The translations under genes were made by a program, and so were the position numbers. A DNA stretch of 64,000 nucleotides from NCBI GenBank assembly GCA_963719225.1, contig CAVRAY010000001.1, positions 768,001 to 832,000 on the forward strand, written 5' to 3'. The stretch's first letter is position 1. The number at the start of each line of letters is the position of its first letter. This DNA comes from Thermoanaerobaculia bacterium (GTDB lineage: Bacteria; Acidobacteriota; Thermoanaerobaculia; UBA5066). The notes beneath the pieces were generated by a model. It was not told the origin of the DNA and ran no database searches. It saw nothing but the letters and a program-made list of their open reading frames with translations. Below are positions 10,462 through 20,628 of this stretch, piece by piece.

Positions 10462-12374
10462 TCGAACTGAAGTCGAACGTCCCCGACGGGCCTCTCGAGA
10501 AGAAGTGGGACAAGCACCGTTTCGAGATGAAGCTCGTCAATCCGGCGAACAAGCGCAAGTACTCGGTCATCGTCGTCGGCTCCGGCCTCGCCGGCGGCGC
10601 GGGAGCCGCCTCCCTCGCCGAGCTCGGATACAACGTCTCGTGCTTCTGCTACCAGGACAGTCCGCGCCGCGCTCACTCGATCGCGGCGCAGGGCGGCATC
10701 AACGCCTCGAAGAACTACCAGAACGACGGCGACAGCGTCCAGCGCCTCTTTTACGACACGATCAAGGGCGGGGACTTCCGCGCCCGCGAGGCGAACGTCT
10801 ACCGGCTCGCGGAAGTCTCGTCGAACATCATCGACCAGTGCGTCGCGCAGGGAGTGCCGTTCGGACGCGAGTACGGCGGCACGCTGGGGAACCGCTCGTT
10901 CGGCGGGGCGCAGGTGTCGCGCACGTTCTATTCGCGCGGCCAGACGGGTCAGCAGCTCCTCCTCGGCGCCTACCAGGCCCTCGAGCGTCAGATCGGCCTC
11001 GGCAACGTGAAGATGCATTCGCGCCACGAGATGCTCGAGGTCGTCCTCGTCGACGGCCGCGCGCGCGGCATCGTGACCCGCGACATGATCACGGGCAAGG
11101 TCGAGTCGCACGCCGCCGACGCCGTCGTCCTCGCGACGGGCGGCTACGCGAACGTCTTCTATCTCTCCACGAACGCGGCGGGCTGCAACACGACCGCGAT
11201 CTGGCGCGCGTACAAGAAGGGCGCGGCCTTCGCGAATCCCTGCTACACGCAGATCCATCCGACCTGCATCCCCGTGACGGGCGACCACCAGAGCAAGCTC
11301 ACGCTCATGTCGGAGTCGCTACGCAACGACGGCCGAATCTGGGTGCCCCTGAAGAAGGGCGACAAGCGCGCCGCCGGCGACATCCCGGAGGCCGAGCGCG
11401 ACTACTACCTCGAGCGCAAGTACCCCTCGTACGGCAACCTCGCGCCGCGCGACATCGCGTCCCGCGCCGCCAAGCAGGTGTGCGACGAGGGGCGCGGCGT
11501 GGGCGAGACCGGCCTCGGCGTCTACCTCGACTTCGCGGACTCCATCAAGCGTCTCGGCGAAGGCACGATCCGCGAGCGCTACGGGAACCTGTTCGACATG
11601 TACGAGCGCATCACCGACGAGAACCCGTACAAGGTTCCGATGCGCATCTTCCCCGCCGCCCACTACGTGATGGGCGGCCTCTGGGTGGACTACAACCTCA
11701 TGTCCACGGTCCCGGGCCTCCACGTCGCGGGCGAGGCGAACTTCTCGGACCACGGGGCGAACCGCCTCGGGGCGAGCGCCCTCATGCAGGGCCTCGCGGA
11801 CGGTTACTTCGTCCTTCCGTACACGATCGGCAACTACCTCGCCACGACGAAGCAGGCGAAGGTCGACACGTCGCATGCCGCCTTCAAGGAGGCCGAGAGC
11901 GCCGTGGCCGCGCGCGTCGCGCGTCTCCTCTCCGTGAAGGGGAAGCGCACGGTGGACTCCTTCCACAAGGAGCTCGGCAAGATCATGTGGGAGTACTGCG
12001 GCATGGGCCGCAACCGCGAGGGCCTGAAGACGGCCCTCCAGAAGATCCCCGTGCTGCGCGAGGAGTTCTGGAAGAACCTCACGGTCGTGGGCGGGAAAGA
12101 CGAGATCAACCAGACTCTGGAGAGAGCGGGACGCGTGGCGGACTTCCTCGAGCTGGGGGAGCTCATGTGCCTCGACGCGCTCGAGCGCGAGGAATCCTGC
12201 GGCGGCCACTTCCGCGAGGAGTACCAGACTCCGGACGGCGAGGCGCTGCGCAACGACGAAAAATTCTGCCACGTCGCGGCCTGGGAATACGCTGGGGAGG
12301 GCAAGGCGCCGATCCGCAACGTCGAGCCGCTCGCCTTCGAGAACGTCCACCTGACGCAGAGGAGCTACAAATGA
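10458..12374 (+). CDS. sdhA: Succinate dehydrogenase/fumarate reductase flavoprotein
   Basis: [38 protein letters not shown]. Confidence 0.96.
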   Translation: MIELKSNVPDGPLEKKWDKHRFEMKLVNPANKRKYSVIVVGSGLAGGAGAASLAELGYNVSCFCYQDSPRRAHSIAAQGGINASKNYQNDGDSVQRLFYDTIKGGDFRAREANVYRLAEVSSNIIDQCVAQGVPFGREYGGTLGNRSFGGAQVSRTFYSRGQTGQQLLLGAYQALERQIGLGNVKMHSRHEMLEVVLVDGRARGIVTRDMITGKVESHAADAVVLATGGYANVFYLSTNAAGCNTTAIWRAYKKGAAFANPCYTQIHPTCIPVTGDHQSKLTLMSESLRNDGRIWVPLKKGDKRAAGDIPEAERDYYLERKYPSYGNLAPRDIASRAAKQVCDEGRGVGETGLGVYLDFADSIKRLGEGTIRERYGNLFDMYERITDENPYKVPMRIFPAAHYVMGGLWVDYNLMSTVPGLHVAGEANFSDHGANRLGASALMQGLADGYFVLPYTIGNYLATTKQAKVDTSHAAFKEAESAVAARVARLLSVKGKRTVDSFHKELGKIMWEYCGMGRNREGLKTALQKIPVLREEFWKNLTVVGGKDEINQTLERAGRVADFLELGELMCLDALEREESCGGHFREEYQTPDGEALRNDEKFCHVAAWEYAGEGKAPIRNVEPLAFENVHLTQRSYK

Positions 12375-13147
12375 AGCTCACCCTGAACGTCTGGCGGCAG
12401 AAGAACTCGAAGTCCGAAGGCAAATTCGTCACGTACGACGCACCGGACATCAGCCCGGACATGTCCTTCCTCGAGATGCTCGACGTCGTGAACCGGCGCC
12501 TCGTTGAAAAGGGCGAGGATCCGATCGCCTTCGACCACGACTGCCGCGAAGGCATCTGTGGCATGTGCGGCATCGTCGTGAACGGCAATCCGCACGGGCC
12601 GCGCCGCGGCACGACGAGCTGCCAGCTCCACATGCGCACCTTCAAGGACGGCGACGTCATCACGCTCGAGCCCTGGCGCGTCACGCCGTTCCCGGTCCTG
12701 AAGGACCTCATCGTCGACCGCTCGTCCTTCGACCGCATCGTCGCGGCCGGAGGGTTCATCACGCTCCCGACCGGCAACGCCCCGGACGGCAACGCGATCC
12801 TCGTTCCGAAGGACTGCGCCGAGCGCTCGATGGACGCGGCCCAGTGCATCGGCTGCGGCGCCTGCGCCGCAGCGTGCCCGAACGGCTCGGCGATGCTCTT
12901 CGTGGCGGCGAAGGTTTCGCACCTCGCGCTGTTGCCGCAGGGCCAGCCCGAGCGTTACGACCGCGTGCTCACGATGGTCCAGCAGATGGACGCGGAAGGC
13001 TTCGGCACGTGCACGAACCACGGCGAGTGCTCGCGTGCGTGTCCGAAGGAGATCCGCCAGGAGTTCATCGCGCAGCTCAACCGCGACTTCTTCAAGGCGA
13101 CGCTCATCACGCGCCCGAAGGCCGCCGGAGGCGCCGGGGCCGGCTAG
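12371..13147 (+). CDS. sdhB: Succinate dehydrogenase/fumarate reductase Fe-S subunit
   Basis: [33 protein letters not shown]. Confidence 0.96.
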   Translation: MKLTLNVWRQKNSKSEGKFVTYDAPDISPDMSFLEMLDVVNRRLVEKGEDPIAFDHDCREGICGMCGIVVNGNPHGPRRGTTSCQLHMRTFKDGDVITLEPWRVTPFPVLKDLIVDRSSFDRIVAAGGFITLPTGNAPDGNAILVPKDCAERSMDAAQCIGCGACAAACPNGSAMLFVAAKVSHLALLPQGQPERYDRVLTMVQQMDAEGFGTCTNHGECSRACPKEIRQEFIAQLNRDFFKATLITRPKAAGGAGAG

Positions 13148-13223
13148 ACGATCGGATCGAGTCGTGTGAGAGAACCCGAAAGCCGCTCGCAACCTGCTTT
13201 GGCGAAGCATCGGGTCGGGGCGA

Positions 13224-13305
13224 TTTTCTTCGAAGGGTGAATGGGCCGATTGCATAGGGCCGAGGCTGAGCCGCGAGGCGCCTGCACATTCACCTTCTAA
13301 GAAAA
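13224..13305. repeat. Inverted pair of the TTCTTNGAAGG motif (19-20 bp arms)
   Basis: TTTTCTTCGAAGGGTGAATG (13224-13243) versus CATTCACCTTCTAAGAAAA (13287-13305): near-perfect inverted repeat with a 43 bp spacer. Confidence 0.85.
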
Positions 13306-13357
13306 ACAGCCCGACGTGAGCCCCACTGTAGGTCGTTGCGCTCCGCCGTTCACCTCC

Positions 13358-13423
13358 TACATCATTCACGCGCGGCCTCTGACGGAGAAGGAGAAGCGGA
13401 GATTCCGGAGGCGAAAACGATGA
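13358..13423 (+). pseudogene. 3' remnant of a BrnT-like toxin gene
   Basis: Translates YIIHARPLTEKEKRRFRRRKR*. The TGA overlaps the antitoxin ATG (ATGA). An in-frame TAA at 13298-13300 lies upstream. Confidence 0.6.
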
Positions 13424-13740
13424 AGAGAAAGCAGCATTCGGGTGTCGGATCCGCTGCGACGTCCCTCGCGGCGCTGAGAGCCGCAGCGAAGGATCTCGAA
13501 CGTGAGCTGGTCGCGGACGAGTTCCGCCCGATGGGGCCCGACGAGCGCGCCCGCTGGGAAAGGGCACGCCGGAAGCCGGGCCGTCCTATCCGAGGTGCCG
13601 GGGCGAAGGTCATCTCGGTGAGCGTGGAGCGAGGCCTTCTCGTTCGCTCGGACGCCCTCGCGCGGAACCTCGGAATCACCCGCGCATCGCTCGTCGAACG
13701 CGGCCTCAAGGCGGTTCTTGCCGCCGAGGGGCGGCTCTAA
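13420..13740 (+). CDS. Ribbon-helix-helix (CopG/BrnA-like) antitoxin / DNA-binding protein
   Basis: RRKPGRP followed by VISVSVERGLLVRSDALARNLGITRASLVERGL (RHH pattern). Confidence 0.75.
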   Translation: MKRKQHSGVGSAATSLAALRAAAKDLERELVADEFRPMGPDERARWERARRKPGRPIRGAGAKVISVSVERGLLVRSDALARNLGITRASLVERGLKAVLAAEGRL

Positions 13741-13760
13741 GTCAGCTTCCGAGCTAGCAA

Positions 13761-14453
13761 ATGGAGTCACGCCGAGCCGCGGTCCTTCTTTCGCTCCTCT
13801 TCGGCGTCGCCTTACGCGCGGACGAGCCGGGGAAGGCAATCGTTCCGCCGCCGCCCGCGCTCCGCGTCACGCTCCTCGGGACCGGCAACCCGCGGCCGTC
13901 GATGACGCGTTTCGGGCCGTCGATCCTCGTCGAGGCCGCGACGGTTCCGCCGACGCGCATCCTGGTGGACGTCGGGCGCGGCGCGACGCAGCGCCTCTTT
14001 GCGATCGGGGGACGGGACCTCCTCTCCGGAGTCGACCTCGTTCTCCTGACGCACCTTCATTCCGATCACGTCGTGGGCCTGCCGGACCTGTGGCTGACGG
14101 GCTGGATCTTCGGGCGGACCAAGCCGTTTTCCGTGAAGGGTCCGGAGGGGACGGCCGCTCTCATGGCGCACCTCGAGAAGGCCTTCGAGTTCGACGTGAA
14201 GACGCGACGGGACGTCGACGAGCGCCTGCCCGCGCCGGGAGCCGCGGTCGAGGCGAAGGACATTTCTCCCGAAGCGATCCTCGAGGTCTCGGGCGTCAAG
14301 ATCACGGTGTTCGCGGTGGATCACGGCCCGGTGAAGCCGGCGTACGGCTATCGCATCGATTACGCGGGAAAGACGGTCGTCCTCTCCGGCGACACGCGGT
14401 ACTCGGAGAACCTGATCGCGCACGCAAAGGGCTGCGACGTCCTCGTGGAGTAA
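13761..14453 (+). pseudogene. MBL-fold metallo-hydrolase (RNase Z/arylsulfatase-like), apparently C-terminally truncated
   Basis: LLGTG, THLHSDH, VDHG, SGDT. It stops at GCDVLVE*, where family members continue with HE... and a final His motif. Confidence 0.6.
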
Positions 14454-14547
14454 TTTTCCAGCGATCCTCCGCGCGCGCGTGACGCCGCTCACCCATTTGC
14501 AAGAAGAGCTTGCGCAATTCCGGTCCGTTTGTTGCAGCCGACCGGAC

Positions 14548-15468
14548 ATGAGTTACGAATCTCGAAAACAGAAAAAGACATCGCCCCTTCAAGCCACGGT
14601 ACTTTTTCTTCTGCTGGCGGGCGCGTCACGCCTCGCGGCCCAGACTCCGGCGCAGCAGATCGACTTCGACCGCCCCGAGGCGTGGGCCCTCAAGTACTTC
14701 GCGGCGGTCACGACGTTCACGCCGCTCCAGGCGCCCCGGGAACGGGCGCCCGGGACCATCGAGATCGCGCTTGAGGGAGGCTGGATCCCGTATCTCACCG
14801 ATACGGAGCGGACCGTCGGCTTCGAGGGGACGAAGGTGGAGGACCTCAACAAGGCGCCGCTCTACGGGCGGCCGCGCCTCCTCATCGGCCTGCCCGCCGG
14901 CTTCGCGGTCGAGGCGGGCTGGCTCCCGCCGATCCGCATCCACGGAACGCAGACGAACCTCTTCGACGCCGCGATCGAGAAGGCCTTCTTCGACAAGCCC
15001 GGCGGGAGCCTCGGGCTGCGGCTCTACGGGCAGATCGGGCACTCGTACGGCGACTACACGTGCCCCGCAGATGTGGTGCGCTCGCGGCCGGGCACGCCCG
15101 GGAACCCGTACGGCTGCGACGCGCGGTCGACGGACGTCGCGAATCTGAACTACACCGGCGCGGCGCTGACGGGCGGCATCAAGGTCGCGCCCGGCGTCGC
15201 AGTGCACCTCGCGGGCGGCGCGACGTACAACGACCTCCAGTTCCAGGTCGGCGCGTACTGGAACGGGACGGCCGACAACACACTCCTCACCACGCACGGC
15301 TGGACCGGCTGGGGCGCGGCTGGTTTCGACGTGGCTCTCGGAACCACCGCGTCGTTCTCCGCCGAGGCGTTCTACAGCCCGCTCACGGTCGTGCGGCCGC
15401 CCTCGACCTCGTCGCAGAATGACGGTCTCTTCAACGTGAGGGGCCTCGTCACCGTCCACCTCCGCTGA
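14548..15468 (+). CDS. Secreted / outer-membrane hypothetical protein (beta-rich)
   Basis: Signal peptide ...LLLAGASRLAA-Q; alternating beta-strand pattern; C-terminal VTVHLR. Start uncertain. Confidence 0.65.
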   Translation: MSYESRKQKKTSPLQATVLFLLLAGASRLAAQTPAQQIDFDRPEAWALKYFAAVTTFTPLQAPRERAPGTIEIALEGGWIPYLTDTERTVGFEGTKVEDLNKAPLYGRPRLLIGLPAGFAVEAGWLPPIRIHGTQTNLFDAAIEKAFFDKPGGSLGLRLYGQIGHSYGDYTCPADVVRSRPGTPGNPYGCDARSTDVANLNYTGAALTGGIKVAPGVAVHLAGGATYNDLQFQVGAYWNGTADNTLLTTHGWTGWGAAGFDVALGTTASFSAEAFYSPLTVVRPPSTSSQNDGLFNVRGLVTVHLR

Positions 15469-15477
15469 CCTTCGCGG

Positions 15478-16059
15478 TCAAGGATTCTTCGTCACGATCT
15501 CGAAGTCGATTTTGAGGTCGTCTTTCACATTCACCGTACCGCCTCCGGCCTTGATCGGCTTGATGCCGAAGGAACTCTGCTTGACCGTCGCCGAGCCGCG
15601 AAAGCGTTCCCTCGCGCCCGTGACCTCGAACTTGAGCGGCACTTTCTTCCCGCGCAGCTCCAGCTCTCCCTCGACCTGCCAGCGCCCTTCGGCGACCGGC
15701 TTGACGGCGGTGGACTTGAATCGGATCTCCGGGAACTTCGCGACGTCGAGGACCTCCGGTCCCAGCATCCTCTTCTGCACCTCGGCCCGCTTCTCTTTCG
15801 CAAGGTCCGGATCGAGCACCGTCATCTTTCGCGCGTCCACTTCGAGCTCCACCGCCGGCTTCTCTCCGTCGGATACGGATCCCGAGGCGACGGTCGCCCG
15901 AACCTCGTGGTTGTCGCCGAAAGCGGAGAAGAGGCCCGACTTGAAGACGTGCACGGTGAACGAGGACTTCTCGGCATCGATCGCCCATGTCTCGGCATGC
16001 GCGGATGCCGAGAGGAGCGCCGAGGCCACCAGCGCGCCTGGGACGAGTGTGCGTCTCAT
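15478..16059 (-). CDS. YceI family lipid/polyisoprenoid-binding protein
   Basis: Signal peptide; WAIDAEKS, LDVAKFPEIRFKS, GELELRG, QSSFGIKP. Confidence 0.88.
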   Translation of the reverse strand: MRRTLVPGALVASALLSASAHAETWAIDAEKSSFTVHVFKSGLFSAFGDNHEVRATVASGSVSDGEKPAVELEVDARKMTVLDPDLAKEKRAEVQKRMLGPEVLDVAKFPEIRFKSTAVKPVAEGRWQVEGELELRGKKVPLKFEVTGARERFRGSATVKQSSFGIKPIKAGGGTVNVKDDLKIDFEIVTKNP

Positions 16060-16069
16060 GGGAGAACCT

Positions 16070-16097
16070 CCTTCATCTTTCCACCTTCATCTTTCCA
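16070..16097. repeat. Perfect 14-bp tandem duplication CCTTCATCTTTCCA x2
   Basis: 16070-16083 and 16084-16097 are identical and lie just upstream of the yceI start. Confidence 0.85.
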
Positions 16098-16154
16098 CGG
16101 AAGCAAGCGGCGGGCCCGGGCGAATCGGGTCTCGTGTCCCGCTAAGATGTCGGC

Positions 16155-16622
16155 GTGCTCGTCCGCGCCCTCCTGTCCACCCTCCACCTCATCGCGCTTC
16201 CGCTGGGTTTCGCGAGCCTGTTCCTGCGCGGCATGCGGTTGCGCGAGCTCAGGATCGCGCGCGGTGACGCCGGGACGCGCGCGGCGCTTCTCTCCGCCGA
16301 CAACGTCTGGGGCCTCGCGGCTCTCCTCTGGATCGTGACGGGGCTCACGCGCGCGTTCTCGGGGCTCGAGAAGACGCCCGACTACTATCTGAGGAACGGA
16401 TTCTTCTGGGTGAAGATGTCGCTCTTCCTCGTCGTCTTCGTGCTCGAGATCCAGCCGATGGTCACGTTCATCCGCTGGCGCATCGCGAAGGACCGTGCGG
16501 CCGAGCTCGTCGGCAAGGCGCCGCTCGACAGGCTCATCACGCTGAACGACGTCGAGACGGCCCTCATCCTCGTCATCCCCTTCGCCGCCGCGCTCATGGC
16601 GCGCGGGGCGTGGATGTTCTGA
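16155..16622 (+). CDS. DUF2214 family membrane protein
   Basis: ADNVWGLAALLWIVTGL...EKTPDYYLRNGFFWVKM...LMARG. Confidence 0.85.
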   Translation: MLVRALLSTLHLIALPLGFASLFLRGMRLRELRIARGDAGTRAALLSADNVWGLAALLWIVTGLTRAFSGLEKTPDYYLRNGFFWVKMSLFLVVFVLEIQPMVTFIRWRIAKDRAAELVGKAPLDRLITLNDVETALILVIPFAAALMARGAWMF

Positions 16623-16640
16623 ACGCAGAAACTCCCGCTC

Positions 16641-19600
16641 CTACCTCACCGGCATCGCCGGCCGCTTCGGCTTCTGCGGCGGGTTCTTCTTCAGCTCCTC
16701 CATCACGATCGCGATCGCCTTCTCGAGCTGCGGGTCGTGGCCGGCGATGACGTCGGCGGGCATCTGCTCGACTTCGACGTCGGGCGGGACGCCGACGTTC
16801 TCGACGCCGAAGCCTTCCTCCGGCGTCCAGAAGCCGAGGTTCGGAGCGGTGACGACGGCGCCGTCCATGAGCGTCGGGAAGCCGAGGATGCCGACGAGGC
16901 CGCCCCACGTGCGCTGGCCCACGAGCGTCCCGACCTTGAAGTGCCTGAACATCCACGGCAGGAGATCGCCGCCGGAGCCGGCGGTCTCGTCGATGAGCAT
17001 GACCTTCGGACCCTGGATGGACGCGCTCGGCGTCTTGAGGTCGTCGCCGTAACGCATCGCCCACCACGCGATGGGCTGGCGTGTCAGCGCCTCGATGTAG
17101 TAATCGGCCACGCTGCCGCCGCCGTTGAAGCGCTCGTCCACGATGATCGCGTCGCGTGAGGCCTGGGGATAGAAGTACCGCTTGAAATACGTGTGGCCGA
17201 GCTCCGCCGTGTTCGGGACGTAGACGTACGCGACGCGTCCGCCCGTCGCGGCGTCGACCTTCCGCAGATTGCCCTCGACCCAGTCGCGGTTGCGGAGCGT
17301 CGCCTCGTCCGCCACGGGGACCACGCTGACCGTGCGCGAGAGCGTGCCGTCCGGCTTCGGCCCGACCGTGATCTCGATGATCTTTCCGGCCGTGCCCTCG
17401 AAACGCGCGTAGAGGTTCTCGGGCGGCGCGAGATCCTTGCCGTTCACCGCGAGGAGGTACTCGCCGGACCTGACCTCGACGCCCGGCTCGGAAAGCGGCG
17501 CGCGCAGCTCGGGGTTCCAGTTCAGGCCGCCGAAGACTTTCTTGAAGCGGTAGCGGCCGTTCGCGACTTCGTAGTCCGCGCCGAGCAAGCCTCCCTGTAC
17601 ATGAGCGATTTCCGCGAACGAGTCGCCCGGCGTGTTCCGGTGGTGGCCGACGGCGAGCTCGCTGCACATCCACTGGATGAGGCGGTTGAGGTCGGTCCGC
17701 GAGGACAGGTACGGGACGAAGGCGGCGTACTTCGCCTTCATGGCCTTCCAGTCGGCACCGTGCATCTTCGGGTCGTAGAAGTAATCCCGGTTGACGCGCC
17801 AGGCTTCGTCGAAGATCTCGGGCCATTCGTCCCGAGGGTCGACGCGCACGGCGATCGCGTCGAGCTTGAGCTTGCCGTCGGAGCCTTCCTTCGGCTTGCC
17901 GTCCGAGCCGTCCTTCGTGTCGGCCTTCTTCGGCGACGAGGAGACGAGCGACCACGACTCTTTTTGCGGAGCTCCCGGCGGCGCCTCTCTCGGCGCGGAC
18001 TCCTTGTCCTTCTGCCTGAAGAGGATCTTCTTCCCGTCGAAGGACACGAAGTAATCCTCGGCCTCGGGGACGACCGTCTCGGCCTTGCGCTCCTTGAAGT
18101 CGAAACGCTGGACGGACGTCTTGCCGTCCGCCTTGCGCTGGAAGAAGAGCTGGCCCGCGCTGCCGGCCTGGAGGTTCGAGATCTCGGCGGGGTGGACAGG
18201 CAGGTCGACGATGCGGACGTTGAAGCCGTCGCGGTCGATGACGACGGGCGCGGGCGGCTTACCCTTGGCACCTTTCGAAGAATCTTCTTTCTTCTCGTCG
18301 GTCTTTCCCTCTTTAGCCTCTTCGCCCTTCTCCTCGTCGCTCTCCTTCGCGAGAGGCGAGGGCGTGCCCCTCTTCAACGTCGCCACGTAGATCGCGTTCG
18401 TGATGCGCGCGTCGGTGTTCTGCAGGGAGAACCAGTTGCGCTGCGGGCCCGCGTCGGTGGACGCGAGGAAATAGAGGAGCCTCCCGGCCTTGTCGAAGGC
18501 GGGGTCCGACACGTCCGAGAGGCCGTCAGTGAGGGGATAGGACTTGCCCTCGTCGAGGGAGTAGACGTACGCCGTCCGGATGTACGTGGGCCCGGAGAGC
18601 GTGTAGGCGACCCAGCGCGAGTCCGGCGACCACGAGCCGCGTAGCATCCTGTAACGCGCGGGCGCGTAGAGTCGCTCGGTCGCGATCTTTTTCGAGGCTC
18701 CGCTCGCGACGTCGACGATGTGGAGCGTCAGGGAGTTGTCCGTCAGGACGATCTTCTTTCCGTCGGGCGAAAAGACGAGCTCGTCGTAGAAGCCCGCGCC
18801 CGGAACCTTGATCGTCTTCGGCGCCCCCTTGCCGTCCTGCGCCCTGACGACGATCTCGTTCTCGCCGCTCTCGTCCGAGACGTACGCGATCTCCTTGCCG
18901 TCCGGCGACCACGCGGGCGCGCGCTCGTGGAAGGCGGTCGTGCGCGTGAGGTTGCGCGCGTCGCCCTTCTCGGCGGGCACGGTCACGATCTCGCCCCGGA
19001 ACTCGAACGCGGCGCGCGCGCCGGAGGGGGAGAGCGCGGCCCCGCGGATCCACTTCGCGCCCTTCGCCCAGCGCGGGCGCGTCTCGAGGAGGTCGCCGGG
19101 AACCGTGATCGAAAGGTCGGTGACCTTCTTCGAGGCGGGGTCGAGGAGGTGAAGGGTGCCGGCCTGCTCGAAGACGATGCGCCCGGCGGCTCCGGAAGCG
19201 TTGAGGACGGGGAAATCCGTGTAGCGGGTGAGCCGGGAGAGAGAGAAGGATTTCTTGGAAGGACTAGCTGGGTCCGCCGTTTGATCGAGAACGTAGAGGT
19301 TGAACTCGCCGTCGCGATCCGAACGTAGGACGATGGTCGCTCCCCCGCCTCCGCCGGCTCCGTTCACCCATATCGGGTCCGCGTCGTTGCACCGCGTCGC
19401 GGGCTGCGGCACGTGCTGGATCGCGTGCGTCGCCACGTCGTAGAGCCATATCCTGGAAACCGTGCCGCCGCGGTAGCGCTTCCACTGCAGGTGACGGGGG
19501 CCGTTCGGGCTGTAGGCGATCGTTTTGCCGTCGGGGGAGTACGCGGCTCGGTCGGCGTACGGGATCGGCAGGGCCGTTTCGAGGCCGCCCTCGACGGGCA

Positions 19601-20042
19601 CCGTGTAGAGCTGCGTGTGCCGGTTGTTGACCGCCGCGCGCGGCGACGTGAAGAGGACGGCCTTGCCGTCCGGCGTGAACGCCTGCACGACGTCGCGGCC
19701 CGGGTGCCACGTGAGGCGCTTCGGCACGCCGCCGGCGGCGGGGACGACGAAGACGTCGAGGTTGCCGTCCAGCTCGGCGCTGAACGCGAGGAGCGAGCCG
19801 TCCGGGCTGAAGGCGGGACGCATCTTCACGCCGGGCCCCGAGCTGATGCGTTGGACACCGCCGCCGTCGAGGCGGCAGGTCCAGACGTCGTTCCCGTAGA
19901 CGAAAGCGATCCGGTCGGCCGAGAGCGCGGGGTCCGTGAGCATCTTCGATGGCCCGTACGGCGCCGTCGCTGCGAGCGCAACGGAGGCGTCGGCGTAAGA
20001 CAGCACGAGGGAAAGGGCAACGGCGGCGAGAGGCACGCGCAT
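16641..20042 (-). CDS. Tricorn-like protease (S41), secreted
   Basis: PD40/beta-propeller repeats (PAFSPDG), WKRYRGG, PDZ domain, DERFNGGG, AGSGGD catalytic Ser, GQRTWGG, ENVGVPPD, DPQLEKAI. Confidence 0.95.
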   Translation of the reverse strand: MRVPLAAVALSLVLSYADASVALAATAPYGPSKMLTDPALSADRIAFVYGNDVWTCRLDGGGVQRISSGPGVKMRPAFSPDGSLLAFSAELDGNLDVFVVPAAGGVPKRLTWHPGRDVVQAFTPDGKAVLFTSPRAAVNNRHTQLYTVPVEGGLETALPIPYADRAAYSPDGKTIAYSPNGPRHLQWKRYRGGTVSRIWLYDVATHAIQHVPQPATRCNDADPIWVNGAGGGGGATIVLRSDRDGEFNLYVLDQTADPASPSKKSFSLSRLTRYTDFPVLNASGAAGRIVFEQAGTLHLLDPASKKVTDLSITVPGDLLETRPRWAKGAKWIRGAALSPSGARAAFEFRGEIVTVPAEKGDARNLTRTTAFHERAPAWSPDGKEIAYVSDESGENEIVVRAQDGKGAPKTIKVPGAGFYDELVFSPDGKKIVLTDNSLTLHIVDVASGASKKIATERLYAPARYRMLRGSWSPDSRWVAYTLSGPTYIRTAYVYSLDEGKSYPLTDGLSDVSDPAFDKAGRLLYFLASTDAGPQRNWFSLQNTDARITNAIYVATLKRGTPSPLAKESDEEKGEEAKEGKTDEKKEDSSKGAKGKPPAPVVIDRDGFNVRIVDLPVHPAEISNLQAGSAGQLFFQRKADGKTSVQRFDFKERKAETVVPEAEDYFVSFDGKKILFRQKDKESAPREAPPGAPQKESWSLVSSSPKKADTKDGSDGKPKEGSDGKLKLDAIAVRVDPRDEWPEIFDEAWRVNRDYFYDPKMHGADWKAMKAKYAAFVPYLSSRTDLNRLIQWMCSELAVGHHRNTPGDSFAEIAHVQGGLLGADYEVANGRYRFKKVFGGLNWNPELRAPLSEPGVEVRSGEYLLAVNGKDLAPPENLYARFEGTAGKIIEITVGPKPDGTLSRTVSVVPVADEATLRNRDWVEGNLRKVDAATGGRVAYVYVPNTAELGHTYFKRYFYPQASRDAIIVDERFNGGGSVADYYIEALTRQPIAWWAMRYGDDLKTPSASIQGPKVMLIDETAGSGGDLLPWMFRHFKVGTLVGQRTWGGLVGILGFPTLMDGAVVTAPNLGFWTPEEGFGVENVGVPPDVEVEQMPADVIAGHDPQLEKAIAIVMEELKKNPPQKPKRPAMPVR

Positions 20043-20245
20043 GGGGACTCCTCGGAAGAGACTCAAGGCAAGGAACGGATTCTGGCACGCCGCCTTCCCC
20101 CCGCACGCGGGAGACAAAAAAGCGTCCCGCGTGGCGGTCAAAAGGCTCCGCCATCGACACAAATTCGAAGAAAGAGGGAGATTCGACCTGGCCCGCGCGA
20201 TGCATGGAAACGCTCGGCGACGTGAAACGGCGTCGAGGAGAGACC

Positions 20246-20620
20246 GTGTTCGCTCGCACGCCCGAGGACTGCGACCGCCTGTTCGCCGACCGCGTAAACG
20301 CCGGTGACGTCGAGGGCGTCCTGGCGCTGTACGAGGACCGCGGCTGCTACGTGCTCCGCGACGGCGTCGCGACGGGCGCGGCGGCGATCCGGCCGGTCAT
20401 CGAGGAGATGATCGCGGCCAGGTCGAGGATCGAATGCCAGGTGAAGCGCGTCGTGCACGCGGGCGAGGGCCTCGCCCTCCTCTACAACGACTGGCGCCTG
20501 ACCGTCGGCGGCGACGACGACTTGTCGGTCGAGCGGTCGGGCAGGGCGCTCGAGCTCGTCCGGCGCCAGGTCGACGGCACGTGGCGGTTCGTCATCGACG
20601 ATCCGTACGGGAGGTCGTGA
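20246..20620 (+). CDS. SnoaL/NTF2-like (DUF4440/YybH) protein
   Basis: NAGDVEGVLALYE...VRRQVDGTWRFVIDDP; GAGGAG RBS before the GTG. Confidence 0.85.
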   Translation: MFARTPEDCDRLFADRVNAGDVEGVLALYEDRGCYVLRDGVATGAAAIRPVIEEMIAARSRIECQVKRVVHAGEGLALLYNDWRLTVGGDDDLSVERSGRALELVRRQVDGTWRFVIDDPYGRS

Positions 20621-20628
20621 GCCCGCGC

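Noticed and set aside
13150-13222. Possible riboswitch or ncRNA after sdhB
   Set aside because: It can form stems, but I could not match it to any known family; an Rfam search would be needed.
17868-17916. Short duplication KDGSDGKP/KEGSDGKL in tricorn
   Set aside because: Local 24-bp slippage in a flexible loop; no wider pattern.
20101-20140. Hairpin CACGCGGGA...TCCCGCGTG between tricorn and the SnoaL gene
   Set aside because: Single copy with no recognisable riboswitch or ncRNA features; cannot be assigned.
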